Assembly (NCBI GenBank): GCA_964616265.1
Contig: CAZTTW010000002.1
Location: 1 to 30,660, forward strand
Direction: 5' to 3'
Origin: an uncultured Myxococcales bacterium
GTDB taxonomy: Bacteria > Myxococcota_A > Polyangia > Fen-1088
DNA: 30,660 nucleotides
This document shows positions 16,585 to 24,805 of the stretch, in pieces. Below the pieces are notes generated by a model, which searched no databases, was not told the DNA's origin, and saw nothing but the letters and a program-made list of their open reading frames with translations. A program made the translations under genes and the position numbers. Numbering within the stretch: the first letter of the stretch is position 1; the number at the start of each line of letters is the position of its first letter.

Positions 16585-18207
16585 CTAGGTCGGCTTTCGG
16601 AGATAGAAAAACGTCGCGTACACGATGAAGACAACCACTACCAGCGCGCCGGCCATCACGGTGTGCAACCGGCTGCGCCGCTGTTCGCGGGGACTATGCG
16701 CGTGAGGAATGCTGACCAAGATAGGAAGGTTGGAACTCGCCTCGAGCTGGGCGCCGCTGCGGATCCGTCCGTCGAGCATGACAAGCGCGCATACGAGCCC
16801 GACCGGCAAGAGCGCGGCCACGAGTAGACCGATCAGGAGGATGTGAAGGAGGCGAATGCTCACCGGCGTCGTGGGCAACTCGGGCGGCTCCTGAACTTGC
16901 AAGCGAAGTCCGCGCTGCTCTGCCAGCTCCAAGGCGACACGCTGTTGCTCGCGGCGCTTGAGCAGCTCCTGATAGATATCTCGCGTCGCCTCGTAGCTAC
17001 GCAGAAGCTCGGCTATGGCCGCATCCTGCCGGACTCGCATATCCGGATCCGGTATGTTGCCGGGGACACCCGGGGTCAACCGCGCTCTCGGGTTACTGGG
17101 TGCCGCCGCGATCTCGGGGGGATCCGAGCGGGGACGTTCTCCTGTGACCGCCGCGATCTTCTTTTGGACTTCTTCAAGCCGCGATCGGGTGGCGCGTTTG
17201 ATGTCGTTCTCCATGGCGACGGCCGTCGCCTGGGCGTTCTCCCGCTCAGCCTTCGCCCGCGTGGCGTCGTCCTGGGCGCGCGCCAGCTCGCCGCGGAGCC
17301 TCTTCACGTCCGGGTGCTCATCGGTGTAGCTGGCGAGGAGTCGGTTGAGCTCGCCCTGGAGCTGCACGACTCGCTCGCGGTACCGGTTTTCTGTCTGTAC
17401 CAGGTCCGCAGAGACCGAGCTGCGAGTACGACCCAACTCTGCAGTGAGCGCGGCCTCCTCCTGGCGAAGATCTGCCAGCTCGTCAGAGGAGACTCGGCTT
17501 GCGCGTGGCGGCGACGTGCCACTCGACGTGTCGCTCGCGAGAGCGCGGATCGTGGGCGAGTGTCGGTGGACGGCACGTGGCATCTCGCTGCTCGGCCCGG
17601 GCAAGCTCACCTCGTGGGCGCGGTCGTAGGCCAACACCTGGTCGTGGATGGTCGCGAGCGTCTTAGAGTATTCCTTGACCTGACCGTCGACGAATTCGAA
17701 GTTGAAACGGCTTGTACTCTCCTCAGGGAGGACACTCTCCCGGATGTAGATATCGGTGAGCTTCTTAGCAAGCTCAAGAGCGCGCTGCGGCTGGGAATCG
17801 GAATAGGTGAGCGTGACGAGAGTGGGTCCGGTTGGGCCCGCCCCCGAACTGCTGATCGCGATGCGCGAGCGGAGCTGCGCGAGGAGCCGCTCCTCGGCTC
17901 GCGGATCCGACTGTGCCCCCCAGCCGCCCAGGGCTGCCAGTTCCCGGAGAATCCTCTTGCTCGTGATGATCTGGTTGACCAACGTGGAGTGGGGGGCCTC
18001 GGCCGTTCCCGTCCCGGGAGCGATGGTGCTTCTCGGCTCGACCAGAATTGTCGAGGAAGCGGAGTACTTCTTCGGCCAGTAGAAACCGACGCCCAGGGTC
18101 GCGAGGGCGGCAACGCAAAACAGCGAGGCGAGCGTAAGAATTCGCACCCGCCCCTCTTTGAGGACGAGTGCGAGGAACTCCTGTATGGGGACGGACTGTT
18201 GCGCCAT
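16585..18207 (-). CDS. wzc: Wzc/GumC-like polysaccharide co-polymerase without fused kinase domain
   Basis: TM1 followed by WPKKYSASSTILVE; long coiled-coil periplasmic region with YTDEHPDVKRL; TM2 followed by LDGRIRSGAQLEASSNLPILVSIP; extra C-terminal hydrophobic helix. Confidence 0.9.
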   Translation of the reverse strand: MAQQSVPIQEFLALVLKEGRVRILTLASLFCVAALATLGVGFYWPKKYSASSTILVEPRSTIAPGTGTAEAPHSTLVNQIITSKRILRELAALGGWGAQSDPRAEERLLAQLRSRIAISSSGAGPTGPTLVTLTYSDSQPQRALELAKKLTDIYIRESVLPEESTSRFNFEFVDGQVKEYSKTLATIHDQVLAYDRAHEVSLPGPSSEMPRAVHRHSPTIRALASDTSSGTSPPRASRVSSDELADLRQEEAALTAELGRTRSSVSADLVQTENRYRERVVQLQGELNRLLASYTDEHPDVKRLRGELARAQDDATRAKAERENAQATAVAMENDIKRATRSRLEEVQKKIAAVTGERPRSDPPEIAAAPSNPRARLTPGVPGNIPDPDMRVRQDAAIAELLRSYEATRDIYQELLKRREQQRVALELAEQRGLRLQVQEPPELPTTPVSIRLLHILLIGLLVAALLPVGLVCALVMLDGRIRSGAQLEASSNLPILVSIPHAHSPREQRRSRLHTVMAGALVVVVFIVYATFFYLRKPT

Positions 18208-18314
18208 CTGGCAATCGCGGCAATAGACTATAGATCACATCTTGAATCTTGGCATCCGACCTCCGCCCAATACCGGCAGCTCCACCTAAGCTCGGTCTTC
18301 GACCAGGTTGACAT

Positions 18315-18330
18315 CTCCAAGGCTCCAAGG
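18315..18330. repeat. 8-bp perfect tandem repeat CTCCAAGG x2 just beyond the 3' end of the second AT3 gene
   Basis: ctccaagg ctccaagg at 18315-18322 and 18323-18330. Confidence 0.8.
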
Positions 18331-18344
18331 CATGCGACTCGTGC

Positions 18345-19439
18345 TCAGTGGCGAGCCGCGCCACTGCTGATCCAACGTCGCATCGGAGTTTCAAACCAAC
18401 GGAATGACGCCGAGGCGAAGGCGATTACAGCGATGAAGTTGACCGCGACGCCCAGCCAGAGACTACCACTGCGCTGCTCGACGAGACGCTGCGCGGTGTA
18501 TCCCACTAACCCGTGGAAGAGGTAGATGCCATACGATATTTGGCCGACATGGACTGCGAAGCGGTTCCCAAGTAGACGCGCAACGAAGCCCTCACCGTTC
18601 GACGCAACGACCGTGATCAGGACAAGCATGGCGATCATCGGGGGCTCGACCACGAAGACGAAGCCATACCTGAACGCGGTACCGAACGAATCCATCGCAG
18701 GCAAGGCGAGGACCATCGCCACCAGCAGCAGCCCGAGGCCTGGTACACGCAACACCGCCGCCAGCCGCGTCCGCCAGACGGAAGACCGCACGAGACAAGC
18801 CAGCAAACAACCCGTTGCTAGTTCATCGGCTCGCGTCTCGAGCGCCCGATAAAGATAGTGGAACGACGCATCGGTACACGCGAGCAAGAACCACCGCCAG
18901 CACCACACGGCGAGCACAATGAGCGCCAAGGCTCGCGCGACGTTCGCCTTTCGTCGCAGGAGGAAGGAGGCAAGCATGGGCCATAGCAGGTAAAACTGCT
19001 CTTCGACCGACAGAGACCAGCAATGCGAGACTAGGTTGGTTTGAGCTCCCGTAAAGGCCTGATAGTAGTTCGTGACGTAAAGTACCGACGACAATATCGC
19101 CGCCCAGGGAACGGTGTGACGCCTGAGCAAGGCCACGCCAATCCCCGTGCCGATGAAGAGATAGAAGGCCGGCATTAGGCGGGCAATCCGACGCCGGTAG
19201 AAGCCGAGGAAATCGATGCGGCCGCTCGCCGCGAATTCATCGAGCAGCAGCCGGCTAATCAAGAACCCCGACAGCACGAGGAATATTTTCACTCCCAGTC
19301 CGGCGAGCCCCGGAAGCAACGCGAAATGCCCTTCGGTCGCGTGGCCCCACATGACGAACAGGACCGCCATCGCGCGCAAGAAGTCCAGTCCCCCAATGCG
19401 CGGAGAGCAAACCGCGGCTTCGATAGCGGCAGCGTCCAT
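18345..19439 (-). CDS. Second acyltransferase family 3 (AT3-only O-acyltransferase)
   Basis: RIGGLDFLRAMAV, GVKIFLVLSGFLIS, FYRRRIARLMP, HCWSLSVEEQFYLLWP, ISYGIYLFH; ATG 19439 preferred over 19511. Confidence 0.95.
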   Translation of the reverse strand: MDAAAIEAAVCSPRIGGLDFLRAMAVLFVMWGHATEGHFALLPGLAGLGVKIFLVLSGFLISRLLLDEFAASGRIDFLGFYRRRIARLMPAFYLFIGTGIGVALLRRHTVPWAAILSSVLYVTNYYQAFTGAQTNLVSHCWSLSVEEQFYLLWPMLASFLLRRKANVARALALIVLAVWCWRWFLLACTDASFHYLYRALETRADELATGCLLACLVRSSVWRTRLAAVLRVPGLGLLLVAMVLALPAMDSFGTAFRYGFVFVVEPPMIAMLVLITVVASNGEGFVARLLGNRFAVHVGQISYGIYLFHGLVGYTAQRLVEQRSGSLWLGVAVNFIAVIAFASASFRWFETPMRRWISSGAARH

Positions 19440-19582
19440 TGCTTGCCAACGAAGTGGAGCGCGCACGGACTTCTTGTTCGGGAGGGAGCGGGAGCTGAGT
19501 ACTGTCTGCATGCGAACCCTTGAGATGCCAACGATGCTAACGAATGTCAGCTTTTCTCTTAGGGGACGCTAGCGCTGTCGCG

Positions 19583-19624
19583 AGAGTCTCAAGGCTCAGG
19601 CAAGAGTCTCAAGCGCTCAGGGCA
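19583..19624. repeat. Imperfect ~20-22 bp tandem duplication that includes the OPX stop codon
   Basis: AGAGTCTCAAGGCTCAGGCA (19583-19602) followed by AGAGTCTCAAGCGCTCAGGGCA (19603-19624). Confidence 0.8.
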
Positions 19625-20204
19625 GATAGACAGTGTCGCCCGCGACGATGACGAGATTCATCTCGGGACGCTTGCCACTGTAGATTGCGGCCAGGTCGAT
19701 GGGGATGCGACGGGTCCCGCCGGACGTGTTACGGATGAGCACAACGTTGGAAAGAGAGGCGAAGCGATTCGGCCCCCCGGCCATAGCGAGGGCCTCGGTA
19801 ACCGTCACAAAACGGTGCGAGGAGAACATTCCCTGATGTTCGGCGTTGCCCATTACCGTGAACTGGTAGCTGTTGACTTCGGACACGGCCACCGAGACTT
19901 GGACCGAGTCATCCTTGACGTAGGATTTGAGACGCGTCTCGATCTGGCTACGCAACGCTGAGGTCGTGCGTCCAGCAGCGGCCAAGTCACCGATGAGGGG
20001 CATGGTCAGGGTGCCGTCCGGTCGAACTCTGGCGTCGATGGACAGGTCGGGCATGTGCCACACGTTGATGCGCACCATATCTGCTACCCCGACCACGAAC
20101 TCCTTCAGACGTGGATCTGGCTCGCTGGCGTAGTCGAAGACCTGGTTGCTTGCGCATCCGAAAGCGGCCAGCAGCGCAGTCCAGAGAATCAAGTGTCGAG
20201 GCAC
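19617..20204 (-). CDS. wza: Short OPX (Wza-like) polysaccharide export lipoprotein, Poly_export + one SLBB domain, no C-terminal outer-membrane helix
   Basis: GTG 20204, lipobox LLAAFG-C; FVVGVADMVRINVW...VRPDGTLTMPLIGDLAAAGRT; VMGNAEHQG...EALAMAGG; ends NLVIVAGDTVYLP*. ORF track start 20411 is too long. Confidence 0.92.
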   Translation of the reverse strand: MPRHLILWTALLAAFGCASNQVFDYASEPDPRLKEFVVGVADMVRINVWHMPDLSIDARVRPDGTLTMPLIGDLAAAGRTTSALRSQIETRLKSYVKDDSVQVSVAVSEVNSYQFTVMGNAEHQGMFSSHRFVTVTEALAMAGGPNRFASLSNVVLIRNTSGGTRRIPIDLAAIYSGKRPEMNLVIVAGDTVYLP

Positions 20205-20485
20205 AATGGAGATTCTTATAACACAAGAAGCGCGACCGAGAATGTTGCAACGCCATTGGAAATTCCCATCTTGACGACTCGCGTTGATGAGGGTTATCGG
20301 GTCGGCGCGGTGCCAGTCTGGATGCTCTCGCCCGTTGGCGATTCCGGGCTTTGGTTCTGCGTCGCCGTCGAGCGAGGCCAGGCTGAAGTGGCAGCGCGTC
20401 CGTCCGTCCACCTACCAATGTCGTCCGGCGAACTACTCCGACCTGCGCTCCCTCCGCCAACAGACTCGTCGATGTAGTGCTAGTG

Positions 20486-22552
20486 CTAGAACGGGCTGGT
20501 ATTCCCAATCTGTTCCCAGACGTACTTTGTCAGCGTCTTGTTGCTTGCGCACCAACCACTGGCATTGTGCCCTCGCGTATTGATCGCTTCGCCATTGAGC
20601 AACGTCCCATCAGGTCCCGCACACAAATCCTGCTTGATGAAGTCTTCATTCGGAAATGGCCACAACGAGGTGTCAGTGAGGGTGCCATTCACATAGCGCT
20701 TGATCACCGTAGCGCCCCGGTTCGTGCCTGCGGTTCCTGACCCATTGCCCGGCGTTCCCGTCTCGGTGCGGAGTAAGTAGGAAAGCTGAGGACTCTCTTT
20801 GCTCAGGGTCGCGTCGTTGGGGATTTCCAATGGTGAACAACCGAACACTTCATTGTTCGAGGCCACAATTCGCGTACCAGATCCAGAAACGTCCTGAAAG
20901 CAAGGTGAGCTCGCGGGACTTAGATTGCTGATCAAGTTGTCATTGAACTCCACCGCTTTCCATTCGGGTGGAGCATCAACACGAACACCCGTTCCCTTCA
21001 CGTTGTACACAGTATTGTGACTCAGGCTGATCTTACTGTGAGGAGTTCCTTGGTCGTTGCTCACCCATATACCGTTGCTGTTGCCCTTGGATTGGAACGG
21101 GGCGTTTCCATTCGCGATTACGTTGTCTATGGCGGTGATGGTGCCGCCAACGGAAGACAAGCTATCGAAAAACATGATGCTTTCAGATGTGGACACGGTA
21201 TTGATGGCCATGTTTCCGTACCAGGAAACACTTCCAAGGCCTCTCGGCAGGCCGGGCGGGAATGCCGGCGGGGTCAATTGGACCGAAGAGGTCGTAAAGA
21301 AAGCCGCATGAACATCGCCTGTGCCGTCTGTACCGACATCGAAGTCGAGCGTGATGTTGTTCTCGGCTACTGATTGATCCTCTGAGTAGAGTACAAGCCC
21401 AGCCTTGGGATTTCCGTCTACCGAACCATCGTAGCGAGTGACGGTGCGACGAGCTACGTTCTGGAGCCCTCCGTGCAATGCGATGCCGTAGCGGGCGCCA
21501 AATCCCCAAGTCCAGCACTCCTCGATAGTAATATTGCTCGATGACTCCGAGTCTACGGCCGTGCAGTTGTCACATTTTGGATCGGGGTAGGCCGCCCCCA
21601 GCTGATGGAGATAGATGTCATCGGATTCTTCTACGTGAACCGGCTCGTATCCCGCGGCGCTGTGTAAGAAAACGATATTGCCAACCTCAATGTGCTGTCC
21701 CTTAAAGATAAACAAAGGATACCGAGAACCACCACCGTCCACCGTTACGGCATGAGGGCGATAGCCTAAAATCCTCGTACGCTTCGATGAGGACTGACCA
21801 TTCTTGCCCTCGTCTGTGCTCCACGGGCTAAAGGATCCGTTGGAGGCCCCTATCGTATCGGAGTAAACGCCGTCATCAATATACAGGGTGTCCCCGGCCA
21901 CCATGGAAGTGAGAGCCTTGTGGAAAGTGGCGAAGGCCGTGGCAATCGAGCGGCCATCGTAGCTGTCCTTGCCTTGGCGAGAAACCCACCAAATATCAGC
22001 GCCGGTTGGCGGCTGTCCGCCTGCCCCGCCTGGCGCGGTCGATCCGCCAACACCCGCAATGCCTCCAACGCCAGCTGCGCCGCCAGCGGCGCTTCCACCG
22101 ATCGCATTGTTGCCGCCCGCAGCACTAGCGCCGGTGCCGGTGCCAGCGTCGATTCCCGTTCGACCGCCCACGCCACCTGCCCCGGCCAGTGGAGTCGAAC
22201 TACTACGACCCGCAGTTCCTCCAGCGCCCCCGCCGGTGCCAGCGTCCGCACCTGTTCGACCACCCGCACCAGCTGCACCGTCTGCTTCTGCGGTTCCGCT
22301 GCTGCCGGCACCGCCCTTGCCGCCTGCGGCGCTTCCGCCGGTCGCATTGTTGCCGTCCGCGGCAGTGCCGCCACTAGCCGAGCCGTCACCCCCACTCGCT
22401 CCTCCCGTACCACCGCCGCCCGTGCCCACGTGACCGCCAGAGGACGCGCCGTCGGTCCCATTCTGCGTCGCGGACTCGTTCGACGAACAAGCGAACGTCG
22501 CAGTGCCAATTAAAAGGAGAGGGACATAAAGCGGTAGCGAAGGTCGAATCAT
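20486..22552 (-). CDS. Lipoprotein with Gly/Ala/Thr-rich linker and right-handed beta-helix domain (PL9/DUF1565-like, putative polysaccharide lyase/hydrolase)
   Basis: Lipobox TATFA-C22; ~165-aa Gly-rich linker; WWVSRQGKDSYDG...FATFHKAL...AGDTLYIDDGVY (typical beta-helix cap); repeats NITIEECW, YGIALHG, NNITLD, NGIWVS, HNTVYN, NDNLISN. Confidence 0.8.
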   Translation of the reverse strand: MIRPSLPLYVPLLLIGTATFACSSNESATQNGTDGASSGGHVGTGGGGTGGASGGDGSASGGTAADGNNATGGSAAGGKGGAGSSGTAEADGAAGAGGRTGADAGTGGGAGGTAGRSSSTPLAGAGGVGGRTGIDAGTGTGASAAGGNNAIGGSAAGGAAGVGGIAGVGGSTAPGGAGGQPPTGADIWWVSRQGKDSYDGRSIATAFATFHKALTSMVAGDTLYIDDGVYSDTIGASNGSFSPWSTDEGKNGQSSSKRTRILGYRPHAVTVDGGGSRYPLFIFKGQHIEVGNIVFLHSAAGYEPVHVEESDDIYLHQLGAAYPDPKCDNCTAVDSESSSNITIEECWTWGFGARYGIALHGGLQNVARRTVTRYDGSVDGNPKAGLVLYSEDQSVAENNITLDFDVGTDGTGDVHAAFFTTSSVQLTPPAFPPGLPRGLGSVSWYGNMAINTVSTSESIMFFDSLSSVGGTITAIDNVIANGNAPFQSKGNSNGIWVSNDQGTPHSKISLSHNTVYNVKGTGVRVDAPPEWKAVEFNDNLISNLSPASSPCFQDVSGSGTRIVASNNEVFGCSPLEIPNDATLSKESPQLSYLLRTETGTPGNGSGTAGTNRGATVIKRYVNGTLTDTSLWPFPNEDFIKQDLCAGPDGTLLNGEAINTRGHNASGWCASNKTLTKYVWEQIGNTSPF
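21995..22486 (-). repeat. Gly/Ala/Thr low-complexity linker with internal duplications in A-B-B-A order
   Basis: A = GNNAxGGSAAGG (DNA 22081-22115 vs 22321-22355, 3 mismatches in 35 bp); B = GGRTGxDAGTG twice, 96 bp apart. Confidence 0.85.
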
Positions 22553-22900
22553 GATTGTCTCTCGAGCGTTGGGTCAAGGTTCCATTTGCACAGTTAGCGG
22601 AACTCCGTCATTGGCCCCATCCCGAGGGTGAAATGAGCCACAGCTCATTCATCGTATACCTATGACGCAAACCTCGCTACTAGAACCAGTGAGGACTCAT
22701 CAGGCGGGCAGATCTACGCGACGCATTTAGACGAAGTTCAGCGCTGACTTCTTCTTACCGTCGGTGTGGAGCGAAACAGTGACTGGACCGGTCGGCGATC
22801 AAATCGAGGAGATGGGCCGATGGACTTGACTGATAGTCGATAGGCGAAGCTGACGGCTCGAGATGTGGTGTGTTCCGGTCACGGACAGACGCTCGGAAAT

Positions 22901-24073
22901 TCAGGGCACGCCTGCTGGTCGACCGGTCATGTCGACAAACGCCGCGAGCACCGCCCCTGCATTGGCGGTCCAAGTGTGGTGCTCCACCACGTAGGCACGA
23001 CCGGCATTTCCTAGGTGCTCGCGAAGAGCAGGATCGCCTACCAAGCGCAGAATCTGTGCTGCCATCTGCGCTCCGTTTCCAGGATCAATCAATAGGCCGG
23101 TATGTCCATCGTCAAGAATTTCGGTGACCGGCCCCACACGCGGGGCAATGACAGCCTTTCCCATGCCCAGGTATTCGAAGATCTTCATCGGCGAGCCGTA
23201 GCTGTTCGAATTCAACAGCACGGTGATGTCCATGGCGGCCACCAGTGCTGGAACTTCGGCGTGCGGCTTGCGCCCGGTGAACACTACACGATCTTCAAAG
23301 TGTTGGGTGCGGCAAAACTGTTCGAGCTGACCGCGAAATTCTCCGTCACCGACAAAAAGAAACGAGACTTGGTCGCTTTGGGTGAAGACCTGTTGCAGGA
23401 CCGCGGGAAATTCCAATATTCCCTGCCAACGATTCATGGTGCCGACGAAACCAACCACAATGCCTGTGAGTCCAAGGCGGGTTCGCAATTGTGAATCGAC
23501 ATGGCGATGCGGACTAAACCAGTCCGGATCGATCGCGTTGTGACAGACCGTGATGCGCTCACCGGGCACGCCGAGTTGCTCGAGCATCTGCTTTTGCACG
23601 TGCGTGACCGTAATCAGATGTTCCGCCGCCCGCAAAATGCGGCCCTCGATCGCATGCGCCAGCCGGCGGAAAAACAGGCCGTAGTACCGCGCCCAAGCCT
23701 GGGCGTAGGGCGTGTTCACTTCGAGGATGAATCGAACACGCCGTTGCCGTGCCAGCATGACTCCCGCAAAGCTGTACAGGGAATAGCGTTCGTAGATCAG
23801 ATCGGGCTGGAATTCCTTGATCGCGCGGCGCAAGCGTAGAAAAGCGATCAAGTTGTAGCCGATCTGCAGGAGTTCGAACACTGCCTGAGGAGCGGCCCGC
23901 TTGATTCGCCCCAGAAGTGTGGGCCGCTGTTCGCCTGTCGGTTTCTGAGTCAGTGGGGCGGGACCAACGATGCGCACTTCATGCCCAAGCGTGCGAAGCG
24001 CCTGAACGATGGCATCGATGTGGATAGACTCGGGTTCCTCGCCCTGGGTGCGGTGGTGGTAAAGGATACGCAT
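22901..24073 (-). CDS. Glycosyltransferase family 4 (GT-B fold)
   Basis: MRILYHHRT...LGHEVRIVGP; PDLIYERYS; VVGFVGTM; FLFVGDG; YGSPMKIFEYLGMGKAVIAP; GLLIDPGN. Confidence 0.94.
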   Translation of the reverse strand: MRILYHHRTQGEEPESIHIDAIVQALRTLGHEVRIVGPAPLTQKPTGEQRPTLLGRIKRAAPQAVFELLQIGYNLIAFLRLRRAIKEFQPDLIYERYSLYSFAGVMLARQRRVRFILEVNTPYAQAWARYYGLFFRRLAHAIEGRILRAAEHLITVTHVQKQMLEQLGVPGERITVCHNAIDPDWFSPHRHVDSQLRTRLGLTGIVVGFVGTMNRWQGILEFPAVLQQVFTQSDQVSFLFVGDGEFRGQLEQFCRTQHFEDRVVFTGRKPHAEVPALVAAMDITVLLNSNSYGSPMKIFEYLGMGKAVIAPRVGPVTEILDDGHTGLLIDPGNGAQMAAQILRLVGDPALREHLGNAGRAYVVEHHTWTANAGAVLAAFVDMTGRPAGVP

Positions 24074-24106
24074 CGCTGGTTTGGTTGCGAAGTTGTCGCC
24101 GGAGGC

Positions 24107-24748
24107 TCAGAGCGAGCGAAAGCTCAGCCCGTCGGCACGCCAACGCGGTAGCAGATGTTTCATCGCGGCCACTGTATGTTCATTGTGATCGTGCAGCAAG
24201 ACGATATCGCGCGGCTGTACGGGCCGTTGAGCGAAACGTCCGAGCAAAGCCTGTAGTCCATCGCACTGATAGTCACTGTAGGTACGGGTCCAGTGCACGA
24301 CGTGATATCCGAGCCCAGTGGCGGCTCGAAGCGAACTCAGATCGAGTCGACCACGCGGCGGCCGGAACAACCACGTGTCGACGCCGCAGGCGTCACGTAT
24401 CGATTGCCGACCGCGCGCCAGCTCCACATCGACTTCCGCGCGAGACATGCCGACGATCTCACGATGCTGGAACGTATGATTGCCAAGGCCGTGACCATCG
24501 GCCGCTATACGTCGAACCACTTCTGGATGCTTGTCGACCTTGTCGCCGACCACGAAGAACGTCGCCTTGACACCGGAGTCGCCCAAAACGTCGAGGAGAG
24601 TCGGCGTGAATTCTGGATGTGGACCATCGTCGAAGGTCAGTGCAGCGTCGACCGTGTCGGACGAGAGCCGCCAGGTGAAGCGTTGACGAAGGATCAGCCC
24701 CTGGAGCAGCTCTTTCGCCGCGTTCCTAAGCAACGGATGCACGTTCAA
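24107..24748 (-). CDS. Polysaccharide deacetylase, CE4/NodB family
   Basis: All five CE4 motifs: LTFDDGP, GNHTFQH, FRPPRG, WTRTYSDY, IVLLHD. TTG 24748 is preceded by SD GGAGG. Confidence 0.95.
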   Translation of the reverse strand: MNVHPLLRNAAKELLQGLILRQRFTWRLSSDTVDAALTFDDGPHPEFTPTLLDVLGDSGVKATFFVVGDKVDKHPEVVRRIAADGHGLGNHTFQHREIVGMSRAEVDVELARGRQSIRDACGVDTWLFRPPRGRLDLSSLRAATGLGYHVVHWTRTYSDYQCDGLQALLGRFAQRPVQPRDIVLLHDHNEHTVAAMKHLLPRWRADGLSFRSL

Positions 24749-24805
24749 CCCCCTCCAGCAGTTGTTCGATAGATTCGAGATTGCGCCGGGCGATTGCCGA
24801 CCCAA

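Noticed and set aside
16843-18525. 560-aa plus-strand ORF, and similar long antisense ORFs (8684..9649, 13350..14324, 12330..13151, 5032..5841, 15302..16423)
   Set aside because: Antisense or off-frame shadows of well-supported genes, expected at high GC; no recognisable motifs.
21995-22486. Repeats as a CRISPR array or mobile-element repeat
   Set aside because: In-frame, degenerate, coding low-complexity linker with no constant repeat-spacer period; no cas genes.
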